Below, in pieces: positions 44,760 to 54,215 of a stretch of DNA of 64,000 nucleotides. A program made the position numbers and the translations under genes. Numbering within the stretch: the first letter of the stretch is position 1; every line of letters starts with the position of its first letter. The stretch is from Clostridiales bacterium UBA4644 (GTDB lineage Bacteria; Bacillota; Clostridia; Oscillospirales; Butyricicoccaceae), in assembly GCA_002405755.1 (NCBI GenBank), contig DHMK01000040.1:798-64797 (forward strand). Direction: 5' to 3'. The notes beneath the pieces are model-generated. The model ran no database searches and was not told the origin of the DNA. It worked only from the letters and a program-made list of their open reading frames with translations.

Positions 44760-45994
44760 GGATCCTGATCGTCGGCGGGGGAGCCGCCGGGATGATGGCG
44801 GCCTGTACGGCTGCCGCCGCAGGCGCGGAGGTGACGCTGATCGAGCGCAACGCCTTTTGCGGCATGAAGCTGAATATCACCGGCAAGGGCCGGTGCAATC
44901 TGACCAACGACTGCGCGGAGGACGAGCTCCTGCGCAATGTTCTGACGAATGGCCGATTCCTTTACAGTGCTTTTGCCGCAATGCCGCCCCAGCGATTGAT
45001 GGAATATTTTGAGTCGCTGGGCGTGCCCTTGAAAACAGAACGGGGCAAGCGGGTCTTTCCCGTCTCCGACCGGGCGAGGGACATTTCCGGCGCCCTGCGC
45101 GACAGGATGCACCGTCTGGGCGTCGCCGTCCTGCAGGGGAAGGTCACGGAGCTTTTGACGATGGCCGGCGCGGTCTCCGGCGTCCGGCTGGCAGACGGGA
45201 GCGTCCTCTCCGGGGATCGGGTGATCCTGGCTGCCGGCGGGCAGTCTTATCCCCGGACGGGCTCCGACGGAAACGGCTACCGCCTGGCTCGGGCCGTGGG
45301 CCACACCGTCACCGATCTGCATCCCTCGCTGGTGCCGCTGCTGGCGGCAGGGGAGGACCCTGCAAGGCTGGAGGGTCTGGCGCTGAAAAATGTGACGCTG
45401 ACGGTCAGCAAGCAGGGCAAAACGCTGTTTTCCGATTTTGGCGAGCTGGTCTTTACGGCGAAGGGCATTTCCGGCCCGCTGGTTTTGAGCGCTTCGGCCC
45501 ATCTGGATCGGGGGAAGCACACGTATCCTTATCAGGCGGCCATCGACCTGAAGCCCGCCCTTGCGCCGGAGGCGCTGGACAAGCGTCTGCTGCGGGATTT
45601 CGGCGAGAATCAGAACCGGGATTTTTCCAATGCCCTTTCTGCGCTGCTGCCGGCAAAGCTGATCCCCGTGATGATCCGGCGCTCGGGCATCCCGCCCCAT
45701 CAGAAGGTCAACAGCATCACCCGGGCCCAGCGGGAAACGCTGGGCGCGCTGATCAAGGCCTTTCCGCTGGAGCTGACCGGCGCGGGAGGCTGGGACGAAG
45801 CAGTGGTCACTGCCGGCGGCATCTCCGTCCGGGAGGTAGACCCGAAAACCATGCAGTCCCGTCTGGTCCCCGGCCTGTATCTGGCGGGAGAGATTTTGGA
45901 TGTGGACGCTTATACCGGCGGCTTTAATCTGCAGATCGCCTGGGCCACGGGCTTCGTGGCCGGGAGAGCCGCCGCAGAGGGAGGAAACGCCTGA
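44756..45994 (+). CDS. HI0933/YhiN (BaiN-like) family FAD-dependent oxidoreductase
   Basis: 412-aa ORF with a GGGAAGMMAA dinucleotide fold and TGKGRCNLTN, the characteristic family motif. Confidence 0.85.
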   Translation: MRILIVGGGAAGMMAACTAAAAGAEVTLIERNAFCGMKLNITGKGRCNLTNDCAEDELLRNVLTNGRFLYSAFAAMPPQRLMEYFESLGVPLKTERGKRVFPVSDRARDISGALRDRMHRLGVAVLQGKVTELLTMAGAVSGVRLADGSVLSGDRVILAAGGQSYPRTGSDGNGYRLARAVGHTVTDLHPSLVPLLAAGEDPARLEGLALKNVTLTVSKQGKTLFSDFGELVFTAKGISGPLVLSASAHLDRGKHTYPYQAAIDLKPALAPEALDKRLLRDFGENQNRDFSNALSALLPAKLIPVMIRRSGIPPHQKVNSITRAQRETLGALIKAFPLELTGAGGWDEAVVTAGGISVREVDPKTMQSRLVPGLYLAGEILDVDAYTGGFNLQIAWATGFVAGRAAAEGGNA

Positions 45995-46665
45995 TGAATC
46001 ATGCCATTGCCATTGACGGCCCGGCCGGCGCGGGAAAGAGCACCATCGCGAAAGCGCTGGCCGCCCGGCTGCACTATATTTATATCGACACCGGCGCAAT
46101 GTATCGCGCCATCGGTCTGTTTGCCCTGCGCAGCGGCGTTTCAGGCGAGGACCGGGCGGGCGTGGCGGCGCTGCTGCCGGCGATCCGGCTGGAGCTTTGC
46201 TTTCAGGACGGCGCACAGCATATCCTGCTGAACGGGGAGGACGTTTCTCAGGCCATCCGCACGCCCCAGGCCTCCGCCTATGCCAGCCTGGTCTCTGCCA
46301 TCCCGGCGGTGCGCAGCTTTTTGCTGGAGTATCAGCGGAGCTTTGCCCGGAGCAATTCCGTCATCATGGACGGCCGGGACATCGGCACCGTGGTGCTGCC
46401 CCAGGCGGACTGCAAGATCTTTCTCACCGCCGGCAGCGAGGCCCGGGCCCGCCGCCGCTTTGCGGAGCTGCAGGCCAAGGGCGACGAGACGCCCTACGAG
46501 GAAGTGCTGGCCGCCATCCGGCAGCGGGACCTGCAGGATTCCTCCCGGGAAACGGCGCCCCTGAAGGCTGCGGAGGACGCGGTAACGGTGGATACCACGG
46601 CGTGTACGCTGGAGGAGTCCATTGAGAAGGTCTATGCCGTGGTAAAGGAGAAGCTGCATGTTTAA
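45994..46665 (+). CDS. cmk: cytidylate kinase
   Basis: 223-aa ORF containing IAIDGPAGAGKST and ..YIDTGAMYRA... Confidence 0.93.
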   Translation: MNHAIAIDGPAGAGKSTIAKALAARLHYIYIDTGAMYRAIGLFALRSGVSGEDRAGVAALLPAIRLELCFQDGAQHILLNGEDVSQAIRTPQASAYASLVSAIPAVRSFLLEYQRSFARSNSVIMDGRDIGTVVLPQADCKIFLTAGSEARARRRFAELQAKGDETPYEEVLAAIRQRDLQDSSRETAPLKAAEDAVTVDTTACTLEESIEKVYAVVKEKLHV

Positions 46666-47272
46666 GATCGTTTATTATCTGGTGCTGATCTGTCTTTATC
46701 CCTTTTACTGGTATCGCTTTGAGGGCAGGGAAAACATCCCCGCCGGCCCCTGTGTCCTCTGCGGCAATCACAGCACCAACAGCGACGCCGTTTTCATGGT
46801 GTTGGCCAACGGAAAAAAGGGCGACTATGGCTTTATGGCCAAGGAGGAGCTGTTCAAGGTGCCGGTCCTGCGGCACATCATCCGCTGGCTCCATGCGTTT
46901 CCGGTGAAGCGGGGCATGGCCGGCGGCGATATGCACGCCATCCGCACGGGCTTTTCCATTTTGAGATCCGGCAAGAAGCTTTTGATGTTCCCGGAGGGGA
47001 CGCGGGTCAAAAACGGCGTCAGCGTCCGCACGGGACAGCCGGTGGAGCCCAAGGTGGGGGCGGTGCTGTTTGCCCTGCGGGGCGGCGTTCCGCTGGTGCC
47101 TGTCTATATTTCCGAGGGGCGGAAGCTCTTCCGGCGGAATGTGGTCCGCATCGGCCAGCCCTATCAGCCGGACTGCGGCAGCGCAAAGCCCACCCAGGAG
47201 GATTATCAGCGGCTGACCCATGAGTTGATGGACAAGATCTATGCGCTGCGCCCCGAGGGAGGAAGGGCATGA
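46658..47272 (+). CDS. plsC: 1-acyl-sn-glycerol-3-phosphate acyltransferase
   Basis: 204-aa ORF with the HX4D motif (NHSTNSD) and an FPEGTR block. Confidence 0.88.
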   Translation: MFKIVYYLVLICLYPFYWYRFEGRENIPAGPCVLCGNHSTNSDAVFMVLANGKKGDYGFMAKEELFKVPVLRHIIRWLHAFPVKRGMAGGDMHAIRTGFSILRSGKKLLMFPEGTRVKNGVSVRTGQPVEPKVGAVLFALRGGVPLVPVYISEGRKLFRRNVVRIGQPYQPDCGSAKPTQEDYQRLTHELMDKIYALRPEGGRA

Positions 47273-49197
47273 GCGTCACGCTGGCAAGGTCGGCGGGCTA
47301 TTGCTTCGGCGTCCGCCGGGCGGTGCAGCTGGCCCTGGACCATGCATCGCCGGACCAGCCCATTTATGCGGACGGCGCGCTGATCCACAATCGCCACGCC
47401 ATTCAGGAGCTGCGGCAGCATGGCGTGATCACGGTGGAGCAGCCGGAGCAGATCCCTGCCGGGGCACAGGTACTGATCCGGGCCCACGGCGTTCCGCCGG
47501 AGGAGGTGCAGGCACTGCAGGAAAAGGGCTGCCGCATTCTCGATGCCACCTGCCCCTATGTGGCTAAGATCCACCGGATCGCGGAGGAGGAGAGCGCCAA
47601 GGGGCGGACGGTCCTGATCTTCGGCAAGCATGGTCATCCTGAGGTGATCGGCATTGCGGCCCGCTGCCGCCGGCCTTATATCGCCGAAACGGAGGAGGAT
47701 CTGAACAAAATCCTTCAGAAATGCGCCAATTTGCCCCTTTCTGTGGTTTGTCAGACCACTTTTCAGAAAGAAATTTATGTAAAGTTTGTAAACATCGTAA
47801 AAACTACTTGCCAATCGGCACAGTTGTTTGATACAATATGCAGAGCAACGGAATTGCGCCAGTCAGAAGCGCGGTCCCTTGCTGTGCGGTCCGATCTCGC
47901 AGTGGTGATCGGCGACCCCGCCAGCAGCAATTCCCAGAGCCTTTACCAGCTCTGCAAGGCCTACTGTCCTAATACGCAGTTCGTGCAGGATGCCGGGGAA
48001 TTGGAGCTGTCTGGCCTGAGAAAGGCGAAAAATGCTTTTGTCACCGCAGGCGCTTCGACGCCGGACCGAATAATTGAGGAGGTAAACAGGATTATGACTG
48101 AAGAAATCAAGAACAACGGCACAGAGAGCTTTGAGGAACTTTTGGAGCAATCTCTGAAAACTTTACATACAGGAGAAAAGGTGACCGGCGTTGTTACGGC
48201 GATCAATGCAACGGACGTTACGGTCGATCTGGGCGTCAAGCAGGCCGGCTATATCCCCACCACCGAGCTGTCTGACGATCCCAACTATGTGGTGGCCGAT
48301 CATATCCATGTGGGCGACGAGGTGGAGGCCTTTGTGGTCCGCGTCAACGATGTGGAAGGCTGGATCATGCTCTCCAAGAAGCGTCTGGACGCCGTGAAGA
48401 ACTGGGAGGTCCTGGAGGCCGCCGTGGAAAGCAAGGAGCCCATGGAGGGCGTCATCATCGATCAGAACAAGGGCGGCATCGTGGCTCTGGTCAAGGGCAT
48501 CCGGGTGTTCATCCCCGCCAGCCAGACCGGCCTGCCCCGGGAGGCTTCCTTTGATCCCCTGATGAAGACCACTCAGAAGCTGCGCATCACCGAGGTCAAC
48601 ACCCAGCGCCATCGCGTGGTGGGCTCCATCAAGGTCCTGCAGGCGGAATCCCGCAAGGAAGCCCAGGCCAAGATCTGGGAGACCATCGAGCTGGGCAAGA
48701 AGTATCATGGCGTCGTCAAGTCCTTCACTTCTTACGGCGCGTTTGTGGATATCGGCGGCGTGGACGGCATGGTCCATATCTCCGAGCTGTCCTGGAACCA
48801 TGTGAAGCATCCCTCTGACGTGCTGAAGATCGGCCAGGAGGTGGAGGTCTATGTCATCGGCCTGGATCCCGAGAAGAAGAAGATCTCCCTGGGCTATCGC
48901 AAGGAAGAGGACAATCCCTGGACCAAGTTCATCAACACCTATCATGTGGATGATGTGGCCAAGGTCAAGATCGTCAAGTTCATGCCCTTCGGCGCCTTTG
49001 CCGAGGTCATGCCCGGCGTGGACGGCCTGATCCACATTTCCCAGATCGCGGACCGCCGCATCGGCAAGCCCGAAGAGGTCCTGCAGATCGGTCAGGAAGT
49101 GGACGCCAAGATCATCGGCATCGACGAGGACAAGAAGAAGATCTCTCTGTCCATCCGCGCGCTGCTGGCTCCCGCCGCTGAGACCGAAGCGGAATAA
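47269..49197 (+). CDS. ispH: bifunctional IspH (HMBPP reductase) / ribosomal protein S1 fusion
   Basis: 642-aa ORF. About 285 aa of N-terminal LytB/IspH (..GYCFGVRRAV.., three conserved Cys) are followed by four S1/OB repeats (..G.V..V...G..VDLG..G..). Confidence 0.9.
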   Translation: MSVTLARSAGYCFGVRRAVQLALDHASPDQPIYADGALIHNRHAIQELRQHGVITVEQPEQIPAGAQVLIRAHGVPPEEVQALQEKGCRILDATCPYVAKIHRIAEEESAKGRTVLIFGKHGHPEVIGIAARCRRPYIAETEEDLNKILQKCANLPLSVVCQTTFQKEIYVKFVNIVKTTCQSAQLFDTICRATELRQSEARSLAVRSDLAVVIGDPASSNSQSLYQLCKAYCPNTQFVQDAGELELSGLRKAKNAFVTAGASTPDRIIEEVNRIMTEEIKNNGTESFEELLEQSLKTLHTGEKVTGVVTAINATDVTVDLGVKQAGYIPTTELSDDPNYVVADHIHVGDEVEAFVVRVNDVEGWIMLSKKRLDAVKNWEVLEAAVESKEPMEGVIIDQNKGGIVALVKGIRVFIPASQTGLPREASFDPLMKTTQKLRITEVNTQRHRVVGSIKVLQAESRKEAQAKIWETIELGKKYHGVVKSFTSYGAFVDIGGVDGMVHISELSWNHVKHPSDVLKIGQEVEVYVIGLDPEKKKISLGYRKEEDNPWTKFINTYHVDDVAKVKIVKFMPFGAFAEVMPGVDGLIHISQIADRRIGKPEEVLQIGQEVDAKIIGIDEDKKKISLSIRALLAPAAETEAE

Positions 49198-49214
49198 TCA
49201 AAAGCAAACAGCAA

Positions 49215-49242
49215 CCCCCGGCCAGATCGGCCGGGGGTTTTT
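49215..49242 (+). terminator. strong intrinsic terminator after ispH/S1
   Basis: CCCCCGGCC-AGAT-CGGCCGGGGG followed by TTTTT. Confidence 0.9.
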
Positions 49243-49396
49243 AAGACGATATTTGGATCGGGAAACAAGAAGATCCGGAACTGCCGGCAAGATCAGCTGC
49301 GCAGCTCCGGGTCTTCTGCAGTTCGGGAAAGTGAGATGCTTTCGGCTTTAGCGGGCGTGTTCCTCCGCAGATCCTGCGGAGGGATGACCGCAGGGA

Positions 49397-49849
49397 TCAC
49401 TTCAAACGGTAGGCATATTCGTTGTCCATTGCCTGAAATCCAAAGCTCAGATAAAGCTGCTTTCCTGCGGCAGAGGGGTTCAGCATAATTCTGGCACAGT
49501 CGATCTCCCTGGCATACGCTGCCAATATTTCCAAGAGTCTTTTGGCGATCCCTTTCCGACGGTATTCAGGGACCACATACATATTCATCAGTCTGGCAAC
49601 CTTACCGTTGGGGAAGCTGGTGGTGGGCATCATTTCAAACAGCGTCAGCCCTGCGTCGGCGATCAAGCGGCCTTCGTCTTCGCAAACAAATACCACATGA
49701 CTGCCATTTGAAATATTACGCTGAAAGAAGTCCCTTGTGAGCGGCAAAAGGAATTCTTCCTGAAAGTCTGCGTCCAGCTCCCTGCGCATGGCCATCCGAA
49801 GCCTGGTAAGCTTATCAAGATCCGCGATCGTGGCGATACGATAGTTCAT
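49397..49849 (-). CDS. GNAT family N-acetyltransferase (in a low-GC islet)
   Basis: I prefer the start MNYRIATIADL at 49849. The acetyl-CoA motif is VVPEYRRKGIAKRLL. The G+C content and codon usage are clearly lower and different from the flanking genes. Confidence 0.85.
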   Translation of the reverse strand: MNYRIATIADLDKLTRLRMAMRRELDADFQEEFLLPLTRDFFQRNISNGSHVVFVCEDEGRLIADAGLTLFEMMPTTSFPNGKVARLMNMYVVPEYRRKGIAKRLLEILAAYAREIDCARIMLNPSAAGKQLYLSFGFQAMDNEYAYRLK

Positions 49850-49959
49850 GAAGCATCGTCCTTTCCTGAAAATACAAATGACTGCGCAGAGCACCCAGGC
49901 CCAACGGCTTAACGGGCAGACGCGAAACGAGATACCGCTCCCGCTGGAAAAACGCGGCT

Positions 49960-51693
49960 TTACTGCGGCCGGTCGCTGTCGCGGAACTGCAGGGAATAGA
50001 GGTCCTTATAAACGCCGCCTTTGGCGATGAGCGCGTCGTGGGTGCCCTGCTCCTTCACCTGGCCGTCTACGATGACGGCGATCTCGTCCGCGTTTCGGAT
50101 GGTGGACAGCCGGTGGGCCACGACGATGGTGGTGCGGCCCTTGCAGAGCTCGTCCAGCGCGTTTTGGATGAGCACCTCGGAGGTGTTGTCCAGAGCGCTG
50201 GTGGCCTCGTCCAGGATCAGGATGGCGGGATCCTTCAAAAAGACCCGGGCGATGCTCAGCCGTTGCTTTTGTCCGCCGGAGAGCTTGACGCCCCGCTCGC
50301 CGATATTGGTGTCATAACCATGCTCCAGGCTCATGACAAAATCGTGGATATTAGCCCGGCGGGCCGCAGCATAGATCTCCTCATCGGTGGCGTCCAGCCG
50401 GCCGTAGCGAATATTATCGCGGATGGTGCCCGCAAAGAGAAACACATCCTGCTGCACGATGCCGATGCTCCGGCGCAGGGAATCCATGGTGAGTCTGCGG
50501 ATGTCCTGTCCGTCGATGAGGATGGCGCCGTCCTCCGGGCCCAGCTTATAAAAGCCCGGGATCAGGTGGCAGACGGTGGTCTTGCCGCCGCCGGAGGGCC
50601 CTACCAGCGCCAGCGTGTGCCCCTGCGGCACCTGCAGATCGATATGACGCAAAACGCCCTTGGAGCCTTCATAGGCGAAGCTCACATCCTTCAGCTGAAT
50701 ATCGCCCCGGGGCGAGCGCAGCTCCACTGCGCCGGGCGCGTCCTCCTCGGCGGGAACGTCCATGATCTCCACGAACCGCTGGAAGCCGGTAACGCCGTTT
50801 TGATACTGCTCCATAAAGTTGATCAGCGTGGTCACCGGCGTGATAAACAGGTTGACAGAGACGATAAAGGTGGAATAATCGGCAAAATTGATCTTGCCGT
50901 TGTAGAGAAACAGGCCGCCGGCGATCAGGATCAATACATTGAACACATCGGTGATAAAGGCCGTGGAGGAGGAAAAGCGGCCCATGGCCCGATAGGCCCG
51001 GCGGGCGGCCTCCACAAACTGCAGATTGCCCTGTTCAAACTTTTCCATTTCCTTTTCCGCGTTGGTATAGGCCTTGGTAACGCGGATGCCGGAGACGCTG
51101 CTTTCCACGGCGGCGTTGATGGTGGCGTTGCTTCTGCGCCGGTCGGTAAAGGCCTCCCGCATCTGCTTGCGCAGGTGGAGCGAGACCACGGCCAGCACAG
51201 GGACGCAGGCGAAAATGATCAGCGTCAGCGGCACGTTCAGCGAGCAGAGATAGACAAAGGAGAGCACGATCATGCTGACGCCGGTGAGCAGATTTTCCGG
51301 GCCGTGGTGGGCCAGCTCGCTGACCTCGAACAGGTCGGAGGTCAGGCGGGACATGATCCGCCCGGTCTCGTGCTCGTCGAAGAAGGTGAAGGGCAGCTTT
51401 TCCAGATGGGCAAACATATCCCGCCGCATCTGGGCCTGCATCTGCGTGCCCATCATGTGGCCGTAATACTGCACAAAATAGCGCAGCAGCATCCGCACGG
51501 CATAAAGCGCCAGCAGAATGAGCCCCGCCAGAACGATGGCGGAATAGGTCCGGTTGGGGATGTAGTCGTTGAGCATCCGGTTGGTCACCACGGGATAGAC
51601 CATGCCGATAACGGAGATCAGCAGGGAAGCGGTCATATCCATGGCAAAAAGCCGCTTGTGAGGCCTGTAGTAGGAAATAAAGCGCTTGAGCAT
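49960..51693 (-). CDS. ABC exporter, fused permease/ATPase (MsbA/multidrug type half-transporter)
   Basis: I prefer the start MLKRFISYY at 51693, which has an AGGAG SD. It has six TM helices, Walker A GPSGGGKTT, the signature LSGGQKQR and Walker B ILILDE. Confidence 0.9.
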   Translation of the reverse strand: MLKRFISYYRPHKRLFAMDMTASLLISVIGMVYPVVTNRMLNDYIPNRTYSAIVLAGLILLALYAVRMLLRYFVQYYGHMMGTQMQAQMRRDMFAHLEKLPFTFFDEHETGRIMSRLTSDLFEVSELAHHGPENLLTGVSMIVLSFVYLCSLNVPLTLIIFACVPVLAVVSLHLRKQMREAFTDRRRSNATINAAVESSVSGIRVTKAYTNAEKEMEKFEQGNLQFVEAARRAYRAMGRFSSSTAFITDVFNVLILIAGGLFLYNGKINFADYSTFIVSVNLFITPVTTLINFMEQYQNGVTGFQRFVEIMDVPAEEDAPGAVELRSPRGDIQLKDVSFAYEGSKGVLRHIDLQVPQGHTLALVGPSGGGKTTVCHLIPGFYKLGPEDGAILIDGQDIRRLTMDSLRRSIGIVQQDVFLFAGTIRDNIRYGRLDATDEEIYAAARRANIHDFVMSLEHGYDTNIGERGVKLSGGQKQRLSIARVFLKDPAILILDEATSALDNTSEVLIQNALDELCKGRTTIVVAHRLSTIRNADEIAVIVDGQVKEQGTHDALIAKGGVYKDLYSLQFRDSDRPQ

Positions 51694-51746
51694 GGGAAGG
51701 TCTCCTCTTCTGGATGATGTTCCGCCCAATGAGGCCGGCAAGGGAT

Positions 51747-51775
51747 AGTATACGACAAAAGGTTGATTTCGTCAA
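51747..51775 (-). promoter_or_regulatory. sigma-A-type promoter for the ABC exporter (TTGACG-17 nt-TATACT)
   Basis: The -35 is the rc of 51770-51775 and the -10 is the rc of 51747-51752. The -35 lies inside the inverted repeat GGTTGA-N5-TCAACC (51761-51777). Confidence 0.5.
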
Positions 51776-51800
51776 CCAAAACCCGCAAAAAAGCAGCAAG

Positions 51801-51831
51801 GAAAAGGGCCGCACCCGGAGGGGTACGGCCC
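51801..51831 (-). terminator. rpsT terminator
   Basis: On the minus strand, GGGCCGTACCC-CTCC-GGGTGCGGCCC is followed by TTTTCC. Confidence 0.75.
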
Positions 51832-51857
51832 GAACGAACGAGGTTCCGCGTGAAGAC

Positions 51858-52118
51858 TTACTGAGCAGCGTTCAGCTTTCTGGTGAGCTGGCTCTTCTTG
51901 CGGGCTGCGGTGTTCTTGTGGATGATTCCCTTGGCAGCAGCCTGATCGATGGTCTTAACAGCGTTTTTATAAGCAGCCGCGGCAGCGTCACCGCCGGCGA
52001 CGACAGCAGCGTCAAACTTCTTCACCATGGTCTTCAGCTCAGTTTTGGCAGCACGGTTGCTGGCATTGTTGATCTTGCTGACCAGGACACGCTTTTTAGC
52101 AGACTTGATGTTGGGCAC
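51858..52118 (-). CDS. rpsT: 30S ribosomal protein S20
   Basis: 86-aa ORF: MPNIKSAKKRV...KGIIHKNTAARKKS. Confidence 0.95.
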   Translation of the reverse strand: MPNIKSAKKRVLVSKINNASNRAAKTELKTMVKKFDAAVVAGGDAAAAAYKNAVKTIDQAAAKGIIHKNTAARKKSQLTRKLNAAQ

Positions 52119-52256
52119 GATTCTGACCTCCCTTACAGCGAAATTTACAGCAGGGATATTTTATCATTCTCCCGGGAAAAATGCAAGCCAAATTTACATA
52201 TTTTTTTCTGTTCTACGAAAAATAAGGGAAAATCGTTCAGATCGGGAGGAACAGCC

Positions 52257-53111
52257 ATGGAATTGCGCACAGATCTTGCGCTGGAACGGCGGGAGCTGCG
52301 GGGCAGCGGAGCGCTGCAGGGCGTGGTGGAGCGCCGCTACGCCAGAGGCCCCTTGAAGATCACGGAGATCCAGGTGACCAGCGCTCTGGGAGAGCGGGCG
52401 CTGAATAAGCCCCGGGGGCGCTATCTGACGGCGGAGCTTCCACCGGAGGAGACCGATGGCGATCTGCTCTACGCCTGTGCCCGGGGGCTTTCCCGGCTGC
52501 TGCAGACCATGCTGCCGGAGCACGGCACGGTGCTGGTGGCAGGGCTGGGCAATCGGGCCATCACGCCGGACGCGCTGGGGCCGGAGACGGTTTCCCACCT
52601 GATCGTGACCCGCCACCTGCTGCAGACCATGCCGGAGATCTTTGGCGGGATGCGGCCCGTGTGCGCACTGGCGGCCGGCGTTTTGGGCGATACCGGCATC
52701 GAAACGGCGGAGCTGCTTCGGGGTGTGGCAGAGCGGGTGCGGCCACAGGCGGTGGTGGCCATCGATGCGCTCTGCGCCCGGTCGCTGTCCCGGCTTTGCC
52801 GGACGGTGCAGCTTTCCGACACGGGCATCGTTCCCGGCAGCGGCGCCTGCAACCCCAGAAAGGCGCTGAACGAGGCCACGCTGGGCGTTCCCGTGATCGG
52901 GATCGGCGTTCCCACCGTGGTGGAAGCCGAGACGCTGGCCATGGATCTGGCAGGCCGCCCGCTGAAAAGCGGCCCGGAAAACCGGATGCTGGTCTCTCCC
53001 AGAGATATGGACCGGCAGATCGTCCGCTGCGGGACGCTGCTGGGCTTTGGGCTGAATCTGGCCCTGCAGGGAGATATGCCCCCTTCGGAAATGACGGCCT
53101 ACCTGAGCTGA
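52257..53111 (+). CDS. gpr: GPR endopeptidase (spore germination protease)
   Basis: The start is MELRTDLALE at 52257, with a GGGAGGA SD. It contains ..VAGLGNRAITPDALGP.. The rpsT-gpr-spoIIP synteny is as in Bacillus. Confidence 0.88.
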   Translation: MELRTDLALERRELRGSGALQGVVERRYARGPLKITEIQVTSALGERALNKPRGRYLTAELPPEETDGDLLYACARGLSRLLQTMLPEHGTVLVAGLGNRAITPDALGPETVSHLIVTRHLLQTMPEIFGGMRPVCALAAGVLGDTGIETAELLRGVAERVRPQAVVAIDALCARSLSRLCRTVQLSDTGIVPGSGACNPRKALNEATLGVPVIGIGVPTVVEAETLAMDLAGRPLKSGPENRMLVSPRDMDRQIVRCGTLLGFGLNLALQGDMPPSEMTAYLS

Positions 53112-53162
53112 GAGCATAAAGCGTCCGCCTTTGGAATAAAGTGTTCTGAAGGGAGGCGCGCT

Positions 53163-54167
53163 ATGGCACGAAAGAAAAAAGGAGCAGGGCGCATCGGTCT
53201 GCTGCCTGCGGCGCTGCTGCTGGGCCTGCTGCTGTTTTGGGGCAGCCTTGGCCTGCCGGAGCCGGGCGGGACTGCAGCTCCGGATATCCCGGCGGCGGAC
53301 GAGCCCTTGCCGCTGCCCCAGCTGCCGGAGGAGCCGGTGATGGCGGCAGAAAGCGCGGCGCTGCCGCCCACGCCGGAAACGCCGGAGCCGGCGGAGACGC
53401 CAGCAGTGTCCATTCTGGGGACGGCCTCCGGCGGGTCAGGCGCCGGCACGGTCTATTTCAAAAATCAGACCAAATATCAGATCGACATGGACGCTCTGCT
53501 GCAGCAGCCCTGTCCGGTGGCGCTGGGCAAGGAGGGGGTCCAGGTGCTCATTATGCACACCCACGGCACGGAGGCCTATACGCCCACCGATGCCCATCCC
53601 TATCAGGCTTCCGGCGAATACCGGACCACCGACAAGGCCTGCAATATGCTGGCGGTGGGCCAGCGCATCACAGATCTGCTGAACGAGCGGGGGATCGCCG
53701 CCGTCCACAGTGAGACGCTGAACGATCATCCCGCCTACAACGGCTCCTACAGCCGGGCGCTGAAGGATATCAATGCCTGGCTGAAGGAATATCCCACCAT
53801 TCAGCTGGTGATCGATGTTCACCGCGACGCCATCGGCACCGCCGGAAAGTATTATAAGACCGTTGCCAAGGTAGACGGACAGCAGACGGCCCAGCTGATG
53901 TTTGTGGCCGGAACCGATGAAGGAGGGCTCAAGCATCCGGACTGGCGGAAGAACTTGACCTTTCAGGCACAGCTGCAGAACCGGATCAACGGCGCCTATC
54001 CCGGCATGATGCGCCCCATCAGCATCCGCACGGGCCGATTCAATCAGCATGTCCGGCTGGGCAGCATGCTGGTGGAGGTGGGCTCCTGCGGCAATACGCT
54101 GGAGGAAGCGCTGGCGGCGGCGGAGGTCTTTGCCCAGTCGCTGGCCGACGCGCTGCTGGAGCAATAA
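53163..54167 (+). CDS. spoIIP: stage II sporulation protein P
   Basis: 334-aa ORF with an N-terminal TM segment, a Pro-rich linker and an amidase-like core (IMHTHGTEAY.., VIDVHRDA). Confidence 0.88.
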   Translation: MARKKKGAGRIGLLPAALLLGLLLFWGSLGLPEPGGTAAPDIPAADEPLPLPQLPEEPVMAAESAALPPTPETPEPAETPAVSILGTASGGSGAGTVYFKNQTKYQIDMDALLQQPCPVALGKEGVQVLIMHTHGTEAYTPTDAHPYQASGEYRTTDKACNMLAVGQRITDLLNERGIAAVHSETLNDHPAYNGSYSRALKDINAWLKEYPTIQLVIDVHRDAIGTAGKYYKTVAKVDGQQTAQLMFVAGTDEGGLKHPDWRKNLTFQAQLQNRINGAYPGMMRPISIRTGRFNQHVRLGSMLVEVGSCGNTLEEALAAAEVFAQSLADALLEQ

Positions 54168-54174
54168 ATAAATG

Positions 54175-54205
54175 AAAGGTCTGCGCATAAAGCGCAGACC
54201 TTTTT
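54175..54205. terminator. bidirectional terminator between spoIIP and lgt
   Basis: AAA-GGTCTGCGC-ATAAA-GCGCAGACC-TTTTT. Confidence 0.85.
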
Positions 54206-54215
54206 AATGTGCCGG

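Noticed and set aside
49397-49849. The GNAT gene as the toxin of a GNAT/RHH (TacT/AtaT-like) toxin-antitoxin pair.
   Set aside because: No small upstream or overlapping antitoxin ORF exists; only 110 nt of non-coding DNA lies upstream. The protein looks like an ordinary metabolite or antibiotic acetyltransferase.
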